From NCBI GenBank assembly GCA_964493715.1, contig CAZBPC010000002.1:4814-68813 (forward strand): a stretch of DNA of 64,000 bases, given 5' to 3'. The translations under genes and the position numbers were made by a program. The notes under the pieces were generated by a model. It saw only the letters and a list, made by a program, of their open reading frames with translations, searched no databases and was not told the DNA's origin. Origin of the DNA: an uncultured archaeon. GTDB lineage: Archaea > Asgardarchaeota > Lokiarchaeia > Sigyniarchaeales > SOKP01. Shown here piece after piece: positions 7,829 to 17,050 of this stretch (within the stretch, counting starts at the first letter, position 1; every line of letters begins with the position of its first letter).

Positions 7829-9970
7829 TTAAGTATGAATAAATATTCCAGCAGATAATCCAAAATTATTGGAATCTTCTAAACATAGATTATAGATTTT
7901 CAATGGTTCACACTCGATGATTTCAATACTAATAATTTTATGATTAATCACTTTATGACTTCTGGTCAGATGCCCTGATAATCCTCTCTGTGAGCCAAAA
8001 ATTTTGTCACAAAGAGGACAAGGGAAGCAACCAACTTCTCGTACCTTATGGTCTGGGTTTTCAGGACAGTATCTTATATGAGTACTTAATCCTCCATTTC
8101 CCTTGAATAATTCATTACAAAAAGGACATGATATTAATTCATTGTGAACCTCAGCATAGTGTTTTTTTAATTCACTTGCCCCAATTATCATTTTTCCACA
8201 TTTATGACAAACCATCTTTCCATTTTTTGCCTTTTCTGATTGATTCTTCCGTCCTTTTTCACTCCTTACATATGCTTTTGAAGCTTTTTGAAATTTGTTC
8301 TGCAATTCTAACCAATGAGGTGGATGAGTGTTTTTATAATGCTCAATCATTTCCGCTCTGCCATAAACCAATTGACCACATATCTTACATATCATTTTGC
8401 CTTGTTTTCCTATTTCGGAGGACTTTTTCCGCCCCTTTTCACTTTTATTATATTTTACCAAATACTCTTTACCCCTTTTCCCAGCAGCCCTCGTCATATC
8501 ATAAAAGGCTTCTGATTTTATATAATCACTTATATTTTTCGATGCTCTTTTTGAGTGTCTTTTTTGAAATTGCGGATCTCGATGTAACTTTCTTATATTC
8601 TCTGAAGCCATTTCAGAATAGAAATCTGGATATAATTTATGTGCTCTCCCCCATCCAATTTCCCCTTTTACTGCTCTTTCACTGGCGAATTTACTATGGA
8701 TTTCAAAATGCTCTTTAAAAAATGTTCTCCTGATATTAGAGGGATTATTATTATATTTATCGAAATCGATATGATGCCTTATTTTCCCCATATCTTTTGT
8801 ATAAACATTATCCCTAATATTGTAATCATCAGCTAAATTATGTATATAATCATACGTTCCTGTTCTCGGATTATAGACAACCAGATAATCTTCTAATTTT
8901 AATCGCTTATCTTTATAAGATCTGTTAGCTACGGATATATCTTTAGCATAATAAATTTTTAAAGGCATTAATGAATCTTCATTATGCAAATGAACAACTT
9001 CAATTAATTTATTATTCCTGTTTATAAAAGCACAATTATAATCACAATATATTATGGTAGAATCATCCAAGGTAATTTTTATTAATTTTGATACATCTCT
9101 AATTCTTTTTATTTTTTCTATTTTTGAAATAACAATATTAGAGTATCGATCTAATGAAAAACAATACAATTCATTCCCTAAATTACATTCTTCCATTAAT
9201 TTTAAGAGAGTTAAATCACGTCCATCAGCTAGGTGAATTTTACTACTTCCTATTATACCCCCTTTTCTAAAATTCCTCTTTTCCTGTATATTATTAATGG
9301 TGCTGGACATTTTTGATTGAATTTTGTTAAAATCATAAGTATTTAAATCCCTAAATATCATTGCTTCAAATTTATCAATCAATCCCTTATTCCATAATTC
9401 AGAAACTAATATGAATACTTGTTTTACTAACCATCTTAGGTATATTATGAATCTCTGGCGAAAGATTGGGTACAATTTTACCTTATTGTGTATTTTTGTT
9501 AAATTAGAATAAAAATCTGCCAGGGTTATCTCATTTAATTTATCCAAAAAATCTTCTTCAACATCATTATGTAAAATAGGCATTAGAGCCCCCGATAATA
9601 AATTAAGCAATTTCACATCAAGCTCTACATTATCGAATTTCTTATCTAAAGTTTTTTCAAGATACCTAATATTGAAATAGATCATACGGGCAAGAACAAG
9701 TGTTAAATTGTCGATGAATCCAATCTGAATATCATGATCTTCGGCAATAATCTCAACAGGGTGTTCAATAGAATTGAGAGTAGTTTCGGAATTATTTTCT
9801 TCTGTATTATCCAAATTAGTGAGATTGATTTTATCCAACTTGCTTCCACAACGCTCGCAAAAATGTATCTTATCCTCATAGCCAGATATTTCTCTTATCT
9901 GATTATTTAAAATGCGCCATTCACAATTAGGGCAACTATAATAGTAAAGTCGACTATTGTCTACTACCAT
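7829..9970 (-). CDS. Zinc-ribbon / degenerate Hint (intein-like) / HNH / 4x C2H2 zinc-finger protein
   Basis: 713 aa. N-terminal CPNC...CERC ribbon. Hint block A-like SKIHLADGRDLTLL. HNH motif RHHIDFDKYNNNPSNIRR...H. Four C-X2-C-X12-H-X3-4-H/C fingers. Intein block F/G-like IYNLCLEDSNNFGLSAGIFIHT sits at the very C-terminus. Confidence 0.6.
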   Translation of the reverse strand: MVVDNSRLYYYSCPNCEWRILNNQIREISGYEDKIHFCERCGSKLDKINLTNLDNTEENNSETTLNSIEHPVEIIAEDHDIQIGFIDNLTLVLARMIYFNIRYLEKTLDKKFDNVELDVKLLNLLSGALMPILHNDVEEDFLDKLNEITLADFYSNLTKIHNKVKLYPIFRQRFIIYLRWLVKQVFILVSELWNKGLIDKFEAMIFRDLNTYDFNKIQSKMSSTINNIQEKRNFRKGGIIGSSKIHLADGRDLTLLKLMEECNLGNELYCFSLDRYSNIVISKIEKIKRIRDVSKLIKITLDDSTIIYCDYNCAFINRNNKLIEVVHLHNEDSLMPLKIYYAKDISVANRSYKDKRLKLEDYLVVYNPRTGTYDYIHNLADDYNIRDNVYTKDMGKIRHHIDFDKYNNNPSNIRRTFFKEHFEIHSKFASERAVKGEIGWGRAHKLYPDFYSEMASENIRKLHRDPQFQKRHSKRASKNISDYIKSEAFYDMTRAAGKRGKEYLVKYNKSEKGRKKSSEIGKQGKMICKICGQLVYGRAEMIEHYKNTHPPHWLELQNKFQKASKAYVRSEKGRKNQSEKAKNGKMVCHKCGKMIIGASELKKHYAEVHNELISCPFCNELFKGNGGLSTHIRYCPENPDHKVREVGCFPCPLCDKIFGSQRGLSGHLTRSHKVINHKIISIEIIECEPLKIYNLCLEDSNNFGLSAGIFIHT

Positions 9971-10150
9971 TAAAAATCATTTATTTTTTTATGCAAATTT
10001 GTAGTATTATTTCACCCTCTCTTTAAAAAGGAAAATTTTTTATTCATAAAATAAATTTTTTGTTTATTAAATTGAAGAATCTCAATTTATAACAAGGTAT
10101 TAAATATCATCCTTAAATCACGTTAAAAAAAGAAAAATCAAAAATAACAA

Positions 10151-10885
10151 TCATTTAATATCAATAAATTTCAGTAAACCCAAATCATCCAAGTCATCAA
10201 TAATAACCTCAATCTCAGCTTGAGGAATGCCAGCTTCCTCTGCTATATCTGAAATTGTATGAAATCCATCAGCTAAATGCGCAATCTTGTAAGCATTCTT
10301 ATCCAAAAAACCCTGCGTGATAACTTGCCTAGGTAATCTCTTTGAAGTCCATTCAGGTTTCTGATGTTGTACTGTACGTAAATCTTCTTCCGAAACAACT
10401 AACCCTTTCTTAGAAATTTCTTTGCTTTTTTTTAAAAAATCTTTTTCATATATTTTCAAAATTGGAATTTTGAGGGGTACTTCTGCAACCTTACCATTTT
10501 GTAAGATATTGTCGATGATTGCTTCAAAATCTCTAAACATTCGAACATCTCCTGACCAATTCACAAGTTTATCACCAAATTCTTCTACGAATCTCTCGAT
10601 TATGTCACTCAAGCATTTATGTGTGATTTTTGCATCATCATTCTTATCTGCGGCTGCCGTACAGAGAATTCCAGCTTTAAAAACTAATAACAAGTAAAAA
10701 ACCTGCATATCTATGATTTTTAATTCACCTGATCCCTTCGAGAATTCGACGCTAAAATCTTTAAGGGCAGTTAAAAAACCCGAAACCAAATCTTGGTTAA
10801 ATTCTATATTTCCATAACTTCGATGGACAAGACATATTCCCGAATATTGGTGTATCAGATATAGGTTATGAAGAACTTTAGGCAC
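10151..10885 (-). CDS. Longin/roadblock-like N-terminal domain protein with C-terminal winged-HTH
   Basis: 244 aa. The N-terminal LYLIHQYSGICLVHRSYG...LVSGFLTALKDFS pattern resembles longin/roadblock folds. The C-terminal ISDIAEEAGIPQAEIEVIIDDLDDLGLL looks like a wHTH. Confidence 0.35.
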   Translation of the reverse strand: MPKVLHNLYLIHQYSGICLVHRSYGNIEFNQDLVSGFLTALKDFSVEFSKGSGELKIIDMQVFYLLLVFKAGILCTAAADKNDDAKITHKCLSDIIERFVEEFGDKLVNWSGDVRMFRDFEAIIDNILQNGKVAEVPLKIPILKIYEKDFLKKSKEISKKGLVVSEEDLRTVQHQKPEWTSKRLPRQVITQGFLDKNAYKIAHLADGFHTISDIAEEAGIPQAEIEVIIDDLDDLGLLKFIDIK

Positions 10886-11150
10886 CTCCTAATTCAAATA
10901 TTGCGCTCTTATTACAGAAGCAAGACTTCAATTAATTGTTTTAATATTAATAATATTACCAATATTTATAATTTCTGAATTAAAAAATTTGCTGAATATA
11001 ATATTATTTCCATTTTAAATTAGCGTTGTTGAATTATTAATTTTTTCCCTTCAGCTTCTTTTATTCTGTAGGGTGATAAATTTAAGATATTATCAATTCA
11101 TTTTTCTAAAACGTATGAATATTAATTTCTAAAATATTGTTTAATACTCT

Positions 11151-11318
11151 TCATAGAGGATATGCAAAATCGACACATAATTCTTTACACATTATTATCA
11201 AAGCACCAAACTCTGTAATCCCTTCAATCACTCTCTTCTTTCCCAATACATACTCTTTAATTTCATTTCTGGTTAATCCAGTTTCTTCAATTATTGCCCT
11301 CAAGATTCTTTCATTCAA
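11151..11318 (-). CDS. Small protein resembling the N-terminal helical domain of archaeal RPA-like proteins
   Basis: 55-aa ORF (TTG start, GGTG 10 nt upstream): MNERILRAIIEETGLTRNEIKEYVLGKKRVIEGITEFGALIIMCKELCVDF. It is antisense to the listed ORF 11137-11322. Confidence 0.35.
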   Translation of the reverse strand: MNERILRAIIEETGLTRNEIKEYVLGKKRVIEGITEFGALIIMCKELCVDFAYPL

Positions 11319-11412
11319 TTAATCTCAACACCTGCTGCTTAAACTTTGAATTCGGATTGAATTAATATCCAGAATTAATTATTTAAACTCCGATTAAATT
11401 TTAAAGTCTAAA

Positions 11413-12147
11413 TTAAAATTTGAACCATCTACTATCATTTTTTAACGTTTCATATTCATTTAGATCTCCAAAATCTCCATAGAAGTGATCTTTACTCATT
11501 TTGAATACTCGAACTTGCCAGTTAAGATACTTGATTCCAAATCTTATAGTTTCAGGAATTTCAATTTCACCCCTAGCAGATGGTTTTTGTTTCTTTAATA
11601 TATTAAATATCTTTTTTGAAAGTATAAATATCCCCGCATTGTTTAGATTCGTTGAAGATGTTCCTTTAGGTGGTTTTTCAATAATTTCTGAACAATATTG
11701 ATTATTTAAGTATATAGCGGCACCCTTATAGGGATCATCAACTAAATTCCCCACTAAAATGAAATCTGGGTTTTCTTTTCTATAAATTTCGATTATTTCT
11801 TTATAAACTTCATATGAAACAAGCGTATCTCCCCATGTTAAGAAAAAGACAGAGTTATCAATAAACTTTTCACATAAAAGGACAGCTTCACCTGTTCCAT
11901 TTAACTCCTTCTGTTCTATATAGGATATCTTTATTCCCCAATTACGACCATCTTGAAAATAATCGATAATTTGCTCTTTACGATATCCAACAACTAGTAT
12001 GAAATCAAGAATTCCCGCTCTTTTTATACCTTCAATAATGAATTCTAATACTGGTTTACCCCTAAATGGTATCATTGTCTTTTGATAATCATCCGTATAG
12101 GGTTTCATACGCTTTCCAAAACCAGCACAAAGTATAATTGCCTTCAA
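11413..12147 (-). CDS. Sugar-1-phosphate nucleotidyltransferase
   Basis: 244 aa. N-terminal MKAIILCAGFGKRMKP signature of NTP-transferase (GlmU/RmlA-like) enzymes. Confidence 0.8.
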   Translation of the reverse strand: MKAIILCAGFGKRMKPYTDDYQKTMIPFRGKPVLEFIIEGIKRAGILDFILVVGYRKEQIIDYFQDGRNWGIKISYIEQKELNGTGEAVLLCEKFIDNSVFFLTWGDTLVSYEVYKEIIEIYRKENPDFILVGNLVDDPYKGAAIYLNNQYCSEIIEKPPKGTSSTNLNNAGIFILSKKIFNILKKQKPSARGEIEIPETIRFGIKYLNWQVRVFKMSKDHFYGDFGDLNEYETLKNDSRWFKF

Positions 12148-12160
12148 AAATCATTCCCCT

Positions 12161-13108
12161 TTATGTATAATTAAATAACTTGAATATCCAAGCTTTTCCA
12201 CCAGCATCTCTTATAGATTTTGCAACTTCTTCTTGTTTTCCCGGACATAGTGCGATCATACACCCTCCTCCTCCCGCACCCATTTGTTTCGCTCCTAATG
12301 CTCCCGCTTTCCTTGAAACCTGACATAATTCTTTAATTTTTTGAGTATCTGCTTTCAAGATGGCTTCTTGGTCTTGTTGAGTATTCATTAATAACCCTAA
12401 TTTTTGAAAATCCCCTCTTAGCAATGCTTCTTTTCCTTCATTTACACATTTTTCAATGATATTAAACGCTTTTATTGTTCCGGGTTCTTCCTTTTTAATT
12501 TGAATTTTTATCCTATTTAAAATAGAACTAGCCTTTCTTTCTTCAAGGGAATCGCCTATCACCATTGGTAATTCTTTAATATCTATTCTCTCAACTGTTG
12601 TATTAGCATCCGTATGAATAAAACTTACTCCTCCATGAGCTATGCTATATTGATCCATTCTACCACATTGGATACCTAATTCGTGATTTTCTCCCCAGAA
12701 AGCAATTTCAGCAATATCATTATTTCGTAATCCCAAACTATATGCTCTATTCATTACCTTAAGGAACCCTACTGATATAGCTGCTGATGTTGATAACCCA
12801 CGACCTATAGGAATATTAGAATTTACTTCCAAATAAAATCCCGTATTAATCTTTTCATTCAATCGTTCATATAAAACACTCCAATAAGAAAGATCTTTAT
12901 TTCGGGGAGGAGTATCTCCTAATTGAAATTCTATTTTTTCTTTAGTATTGTGACTATAAAATGTAATTGATGAGTTATCACATTTTATAAAATTGAAATT
13001 CATCATTAAATCGATTGTTGCTGCGATCACGGGTTTCTCCATTAAATCAACTTTATCCCCTAAAATACAAATGCGACCAGGTATTGAAATAGAGAATTTA
13101 TCCGACAT
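12161..13108 (-). CDS. GHMP-family sugar kinase
   Basis: GHMP motif PIGRGLSTSAA and C-terminal GAGGGGCMIAL. The start is moved to the internal ATG (MSDKFSISIPGRICILGD). Forms an operon with the downstream nucleotidyltransferase. Confidence 0.75.
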   Translation of the reverse strand: MSDKFSISIPGRICILGDKVDLMEKPVIAATIDLMMNFNFIKCDNSSITFYSHNTKEKIEFQLGDTPPRNKDLSYWSVLYERLNEKINTGFYLEVNSNIPIGRGLSTSAAISVGFLKVMNRAYSLGLRNNDIAEIAFWGENHELGIQCGRMDQYSIAHGGVSFIHTDANTTVERIDIKELPMVIGDSLEERKASSILNRIKIQIKKEEPGTIKAFNIIEKCVNEGKEALLRGDFQKLGLLMNTQQDQEAILKADTQKIKELCQVSRKAGALGAKQMGAGGGGCMIALCPGKQEEVAKSIRDAGGKAWIFKLFNYT

Positions 13109-13249
13109 TTTATTGTTCAAAACGCAAGATTGCTTTTTAATTGAGATGCTAAATCTTAGGAGTAGATAAATTTTATTTAGAGAAAAAAGTTTGTATTTAA
13201 ACATTCATTATCAATGATAAATCAATAAATTTGCCATTGGTGCAAAAAT

Positions 13250-13576
13250 ATGAAATATTGTATTTTTTTTGTTACTGTCTCGAATATCGAAGAAGGGAAT
13301 AATATCTCAAGAATTTTAGTTGAAGAAAGGCTAGCAGCTTGTGTGAGTGTTGTACCAAATATTATTTCCACTTATTGGTGGAAAAATAACATTGAAGTTG
13401 AGAAAGAAAATTTACTGATTATAAAAACTATTAAAAGTAAAAGTGATTTAATAATTCAAAAGATCCGCGAGATACATAGTTATGAAAATCCCGAATGTAT
13501 CAGAATACCTATAACAAAAGGCTCGGAAAAATATTTAAATTGGATTACCAATGTCGTAATTGATAAAAAGGAGTAA
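13250..13576 (+). CDS. cutA: CutA divalent-cation tolerance protein
   Basis: 108 aa. LAACVSV...STYWWKN...E motif pattern typical of CutA1. Confidence 0.8.
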   Translation: MKYCIFFVTVSNIEEGNNISRILVEERLAACVSVVPNIISTYWWKNNIEVEKENLLIIKTIKSKSDLIIQKIREIHSYENPECIRIPITKGSEKYLNWITNVVIDKKE

Positions 13577-13581
13577 TTTTA

Positions 13582-14382
13582 ATGAGTTTTGATATTTTTC
13601 GAGTCAATTGGATACTAGTTAGCTCAATCGTTATAATTCTTTTAATAATATTTTTAATATGTGTCAAGATTTATAAGATATTAACTCGTTGGAGGTATGC
13701 ATTCGTTAATGAAGATATCTCTTTGTCATCTTATATTTCAATAGAGAAAGAAAATGAGTCTAATATTAAAACTTGTCAGTGGAACTATGCTATAAATAAT
13801 AAACTCATAGATAAAAACGATCCTATAATAATCATCCTTCGGACAAAAAAGAGGATTAATTTATTAAGAGTCATAACTGAAGGACTCAGCAGTTATGGAT
13901 TAAGAGTGATAAATATATTATTTTCAATTAATAAAAAACCCTCACAAGAATTATATACAAATAATATCAACCTTGAGATGAAATCTATAATTAGTTCGAT
14001 AATGGAAATTATATCAGGATCTTTAAACAATAATAAATACATTTTATTATCTTATAATGATAAAAATATAGATCCCATTTACATCACAGATGAAAATGAT
14101 TACCAGGGTCATATAATCATAAATTCTAAGTCAAACATTGAAGAAAACCAGGAAAATTTGATAAGAAAGATAGGAATTAACTCCGTAAGGAATATCTATT
14201 TCATATACAGCGAATATAACATATTAAGGTTTAAAAAAAAAATCGTTAAGAAAAGTTATGGGACCCAAACCTCAACTAATTCAATAATTGTTAGTAATGC
14301 TAGTCGAAATTTTAAATATTTTGAAACTATTTTATTTGGGATAATTCTAACTCTTATTACTAAAATCAAAACCCACGAATGA
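13582..14382 (+). CDS. Hypothetical membrane-anchored protein
   Basis: 266-aa ORF with one N-terminal and one C-terminal hydrophobic segment. No recognisable motif. Confidence 0.4.
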   Translation: MSFDIFRVNWILVSSIVIILLIIFLICVKIYKILTRWRYAFVNEDISLSSYISIEKENESNIKTCQWNYAINNKLIDKNDPIIIILRTKKRINLLRVITEGLSSYGLRVINILFSINKKPSQELYTNNINLEMKSIISSIMEIISGSLNNNKYILLSYNDKNIDPIYITDENDYQGHIIINSKSNIEENQENLIRKIGINSVRNIYFIYSEYNILRFKKKIVKKSYGTQTSTNSIIVSNASRNFKYFETILFGIILTLITKIKTHE

Positions 14383-14383
14383 G

Positions 14384-15091
14384 TTGACAATGGATAATAT
14401 ATTAAGAAATTATAATAGAATCATCAAATATAAAAAAAGTAATTGGGAGCTTCTGAATAACAAAAGACTACAAGCTTTAAAATTACTAAATATTTTTGTT
14501 GAAGAAGGTTTTAATCCATACATTTATGGAAGTTTAGCTCGTGGAGATGTAAATATTGATAGTGATATTGATATTGTATTTCTACAAAGGATATCATCAT
14601 TTCTAATTGAGCATATTTTATTTAAAAAAGGTTATGATAATTATTTTAGAGAAATAGTGATGGCCACTCCAAGAGATACAATAAAATTATATATTTATTT
14701 AAGTGAATTAGAAAGCATCACAATCCCAATATCCCCTTTCGATAAAAAAAACTTAGAATTTTATTCATTTGGAGGAAAAATCAATCAAGTTCAATTAAAA
14801 AATAAAATTCGAGTCCCTGGAATAGATAAACGGTTAGTGCTTATTAACCCTACAAATGATGGTCATGAAGAATCCTCTGTTATAGGGAATGAGCATAACG
14901 TCGCTAAACAGATTAACGTAGATATTGAAACTGTTATAGAAAGAAGGAACGTACTTTTAAGGCGAGAACAATATGGGCGTACAGGGGTCTTCATAAAAAG
15001 ATCTTTAAAACCAGATGAATCTACAGAAGATGTTCTAAAAATACTTGCTAGAAAAAAAACAATTATTAGAAATAAAATGCGGGAAATATGA
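14384..15091 (+). CDS. Pol-beta-superfamily nucleotidyltransferase domain protein
   Basis: GSLARGDVNIDSDIDIVF (GS...D.D) minimal NTase motif. Confidence 0.6.
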   Translation: MTMDNILRNYNRIIKYKKSNWELLNNKRLQALKLLNIFVEEGFNPYIYGSLARGDVNIDSDIDIVFLQRISSFLIEHILFKKGYDNYFREIVMATPRDTIKLYIYLSELESITIPISPFDKKNLEFYSFGGKINQVQLKNKIRVPGIDKRLVLINPTNDGHEESSVIGNEHNVAKQINVDIETVIERRNVLLRREQYGRTGVFIKRSLKPDESTEDVLKILARKKTIIRNKMREI

Positions 15092-16257
15092 GAAAAAAAA
15101 GAATTGTTGATTCAGGAAAAAATAACTTACTAATTAAAGGAAGAGGGATCCCAAAGGGATGTCAAATATGTTTGAAAGGAGCAAAAACAGTCTTATTTCT
15201 AAATGGATTGTGCCAGAATCCAGATCATTGTTACTGGTATTGCCCCATTTCTGAAGAAAGAAAGAATAAATCTTTAATGTTTGCTAATGAGATCCAAATT
15301 ACGACGAAAGAAGAAATTCTTGATGAAATTTATAATACGGATGCCTTAGGTATGAGCATCACGGGAGGAGATCCCCTTTTTCCACCAAATATTGAATCTA
15401 CACTTGAAATAATTAGATTTATCAAATTAAAAATGGGTAAAAAATTCCATATACACCTTTATTCGAATGGTATTAATTTTGATGAGAATTTGGCAGTAAA
15501 TCTTGCGAATGCCGGCCTAGATGAAATCAGATTTAATCCCTCTCGGAATAATTGGAATGTTATCCGTTTAGCACTTAAAAAAGGAATGAAGGTTGGTGCT
15601 GAAGTGCCATTAATCCCTCAAGATAAGTATTTAAATGATATAGAACATCTTATCTTATTTTTAGATAAAATTGGGGCTGATTTTATCAATTTAAATGAAT
15701 TCGAATATAGTGAATCTAATTGTATTCATTTAAAAAATAGAGGTTTTGAATTAAAAAAGGAGACTATAGCTTCGGTTAAGAATAGTAAAGAAATGGCTTA
15801 TGAACTAATAAAGCGTATTTCTCCTAAAGTATCAATTAAAATTCATTTTTGCACAAGTATTACAAAAGATTATTGGCAATTAAGCAAACGATATTATCGA
15901 CGAGCAAAAAAAATACAAAAATCATATGAATCAATTTCTCTTGAAGGTTTATTGATTTACAGTCAAATCGAAGGACCTTTAGACGATTTAAATGAATTGA
16001 AAGAAGAATTACTAAAAATGACGAATTTAAAACCGAAATATTTTGAAATTGATAATTCAGTTTTAAAATTACCCGTTAATACTGCACTGAATGATGAAAT
16101 AATTCAATTAGTTAATAGTAAAGGATTAAAATGTTATATTCAAGAAATCACTCCATTCAGAGAAGAAAAATATAAACAAATAACAGAAAAAACACCAATT
16201 AACGTATTCCGGGAGGAATTAGGATTAAATGAGGATAGAAAAAGTCAAGATCAATGA
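15088..16257 (+). CDS. Radical SAM-like protein (non-canonical Cys cluster)
   Basis: 389 aa. Cys cluster CQNPDHCYWYC, then GGDPLF and EIRFNP segments as in radical SAM TIM barrels. Overlaps the upstream stop by 4 nt. Confidence 0.5.
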   Translation: MRKKRIVDSGKNNLLIKGRGIPKGCQICLKGAKTVLFLNGLCQNPDHCYWYCPISEERKNKSLMFANEIQITTKEEILDEIYNTDALGMSITGGDPLFPPNIESTLEIIRFIKLKMGKKFHIHLYSNGINFDENLAVNLANAGLDEIRFNPSRNNWNVIRLALKKGMKVGAEVPLIPQDKYLNDIEHLILFLDKIGADFINLNEFEYSESNCIHLKNRGFELKKETIASVKNSKEMAYELIKRISPKVSIKIHFCTSITKDYWQLSKRYYRRAKKIQKSYESISLEGLLIYSQIEGPLDDLNELKEELLKMTNLKPKYFEIDNSVLKLPVNTALNDEIIQLVNSKGLKCYIQEITPFREEKYKQITEKTPINVFREELGLNEDRKSQDQ

Positions 16258-16669
16258 TTTGAGCCAAATAAATTCACTTGAGAAAAGTACCTTTAAAAAT
16301 AATTCGTTTTCAGAAGAAACTATTGAACAACTAATTTTCCATAACACTTTTTTTTTGAAAATTGTAAATAACGATGAAAAAATAATCGGATTCGTAATAG
16401 CATTAGAGCAAGAAAGAAATAAACTCAATATTATAAATTTCCTCATAAGAGAAGATTATCGAAATATGGGATTAGGCTCTTATCTCCTAAATCATATATT
16501 AACGGAAGTCAAGAAATCAAAAAATTTTGATCGAATCATATTAAATGTACGAACGTCTAATCTAATCGCTCTTAAGCTGTATAAAAATCATAATTTTCAT
16601 ATTGTCAGAGAAATTGATAATTATTACTACAAAGGGGATAATGCTTACTTAATGGAGCTTAAGTTCTAG
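16229..16669 (+). CDS. rimI: GNAT N-acetyltransferase (RimI-like)
   Basis: 146 aa. The acetyl-CoA binding segment YRNMGLGSYLL fits the GNAT motif A. Confidence 0.75.
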   Translation: MRIEKVKINDLSQINSLEKSTFKNNSFSEETIEQLIFHNTFFLKIVNNDEKIIGFVIALEQERNKLNIINFLIREDYRNMGLGSYLLNHILTEVKKSKNFDRIILNVRTSNLIALKLYKNHNFHIVREIDNYYYKGDNAYLMELKF

Positions 16670-16772
16670 CTTTTTACTATTAACTTAAACTTATAAATAA
16701 AAACTATTATAATATCAGTATAAATAAATGCTTTAAATTCAGATTAATAATCAAAAGAGAGGTTGAGGTATA

Positions 16773-16925
16773 ATGACCCCATTCGATAATGAACTGAAAG
16801 AGGAAATAAAAAAGGGTGTTACTCTCCAAAAAGTAGATGAAGAAGAAATGAAGAAACGTGAGGAAGAAAAGAAGAAGCGGATGGAAGAATTGGAGATGAT
16901 TAAAAAAGCTCTTGGAGATAAATGA
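16773..16925 (+). CDS. 50-aa microprotein with WH2/beta-thymosin-like motif
   Basis: ATG preceded by GAGGTTGAGGT. Product: MTPFDNELKEEIKKGVTLQKVDEEEMKKREEEKKKRMEELEMIKKALGDK. EIKKGVTLQKVDEEE fits the WH2 pattern I-x-x-G-x-x-L-x-K-V. Confidence 0.4.
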   Translation: MTPFDNELKEEIKKGVTLQKVDEEEMKKREEEKKKRMEELEMIKKALGDK

Positions 16926-17050
16926 TTATTTTTTTTTACTATTTTTTTTATTTAGTTTTGTAATTTGAAGTATAAATTTATTGGAAAAATTACTTTTCTA
17001 ATACTATTACTATTTATTTTTAACCCTTTCATAAGAAAGATTGATTGGTT

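Noticed and set aside
8128-9236. Several plus-strand ORFs (8128-8718, 8315-8515, 8639-8836, 9054-9236) inside the Hint/HNH gene
   Set aside because: They are antisense shadows of a long AT-rich coding region, with F/L/I/S-rich nonsense-like products. The same reasoning applies to the other listed antisense or out-of-frame shadow ORFs that overlap annotated genes: 241-486, 4226-4630, 7041-7232, 7455-7670, 10422-10697, 11501-11701, 16225-16446, 17356-17670, 18421-18612, 21198-21543, 21752-22018, 22051-22260, 23811-24095, 26144-26362, 26366-26689, 27836-28021, 28299-28517, 28730-29117, 31507-31707, 33231-33512, 35288-35509, 36862-37164, 40515-40724, 40914-41123, 41565-41762, 42567-42839, 43254-43499, 43875-44171, 46926-47114, 47989-48279, 49048-49320, 50007-50267, 50445-50949, 55309-55530, 57036-57218, 60431-60676, 60757-61005, 62021-62404 and 62819-63307.
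11137-11322. 61-aa plus-strand ORF
   Set aside because: It has a low-complexity, hydrophobic product and no RBS. The opposite strand encodes a 55-aa product with a recognisable helical-domain pattern and a GGTG upstream.
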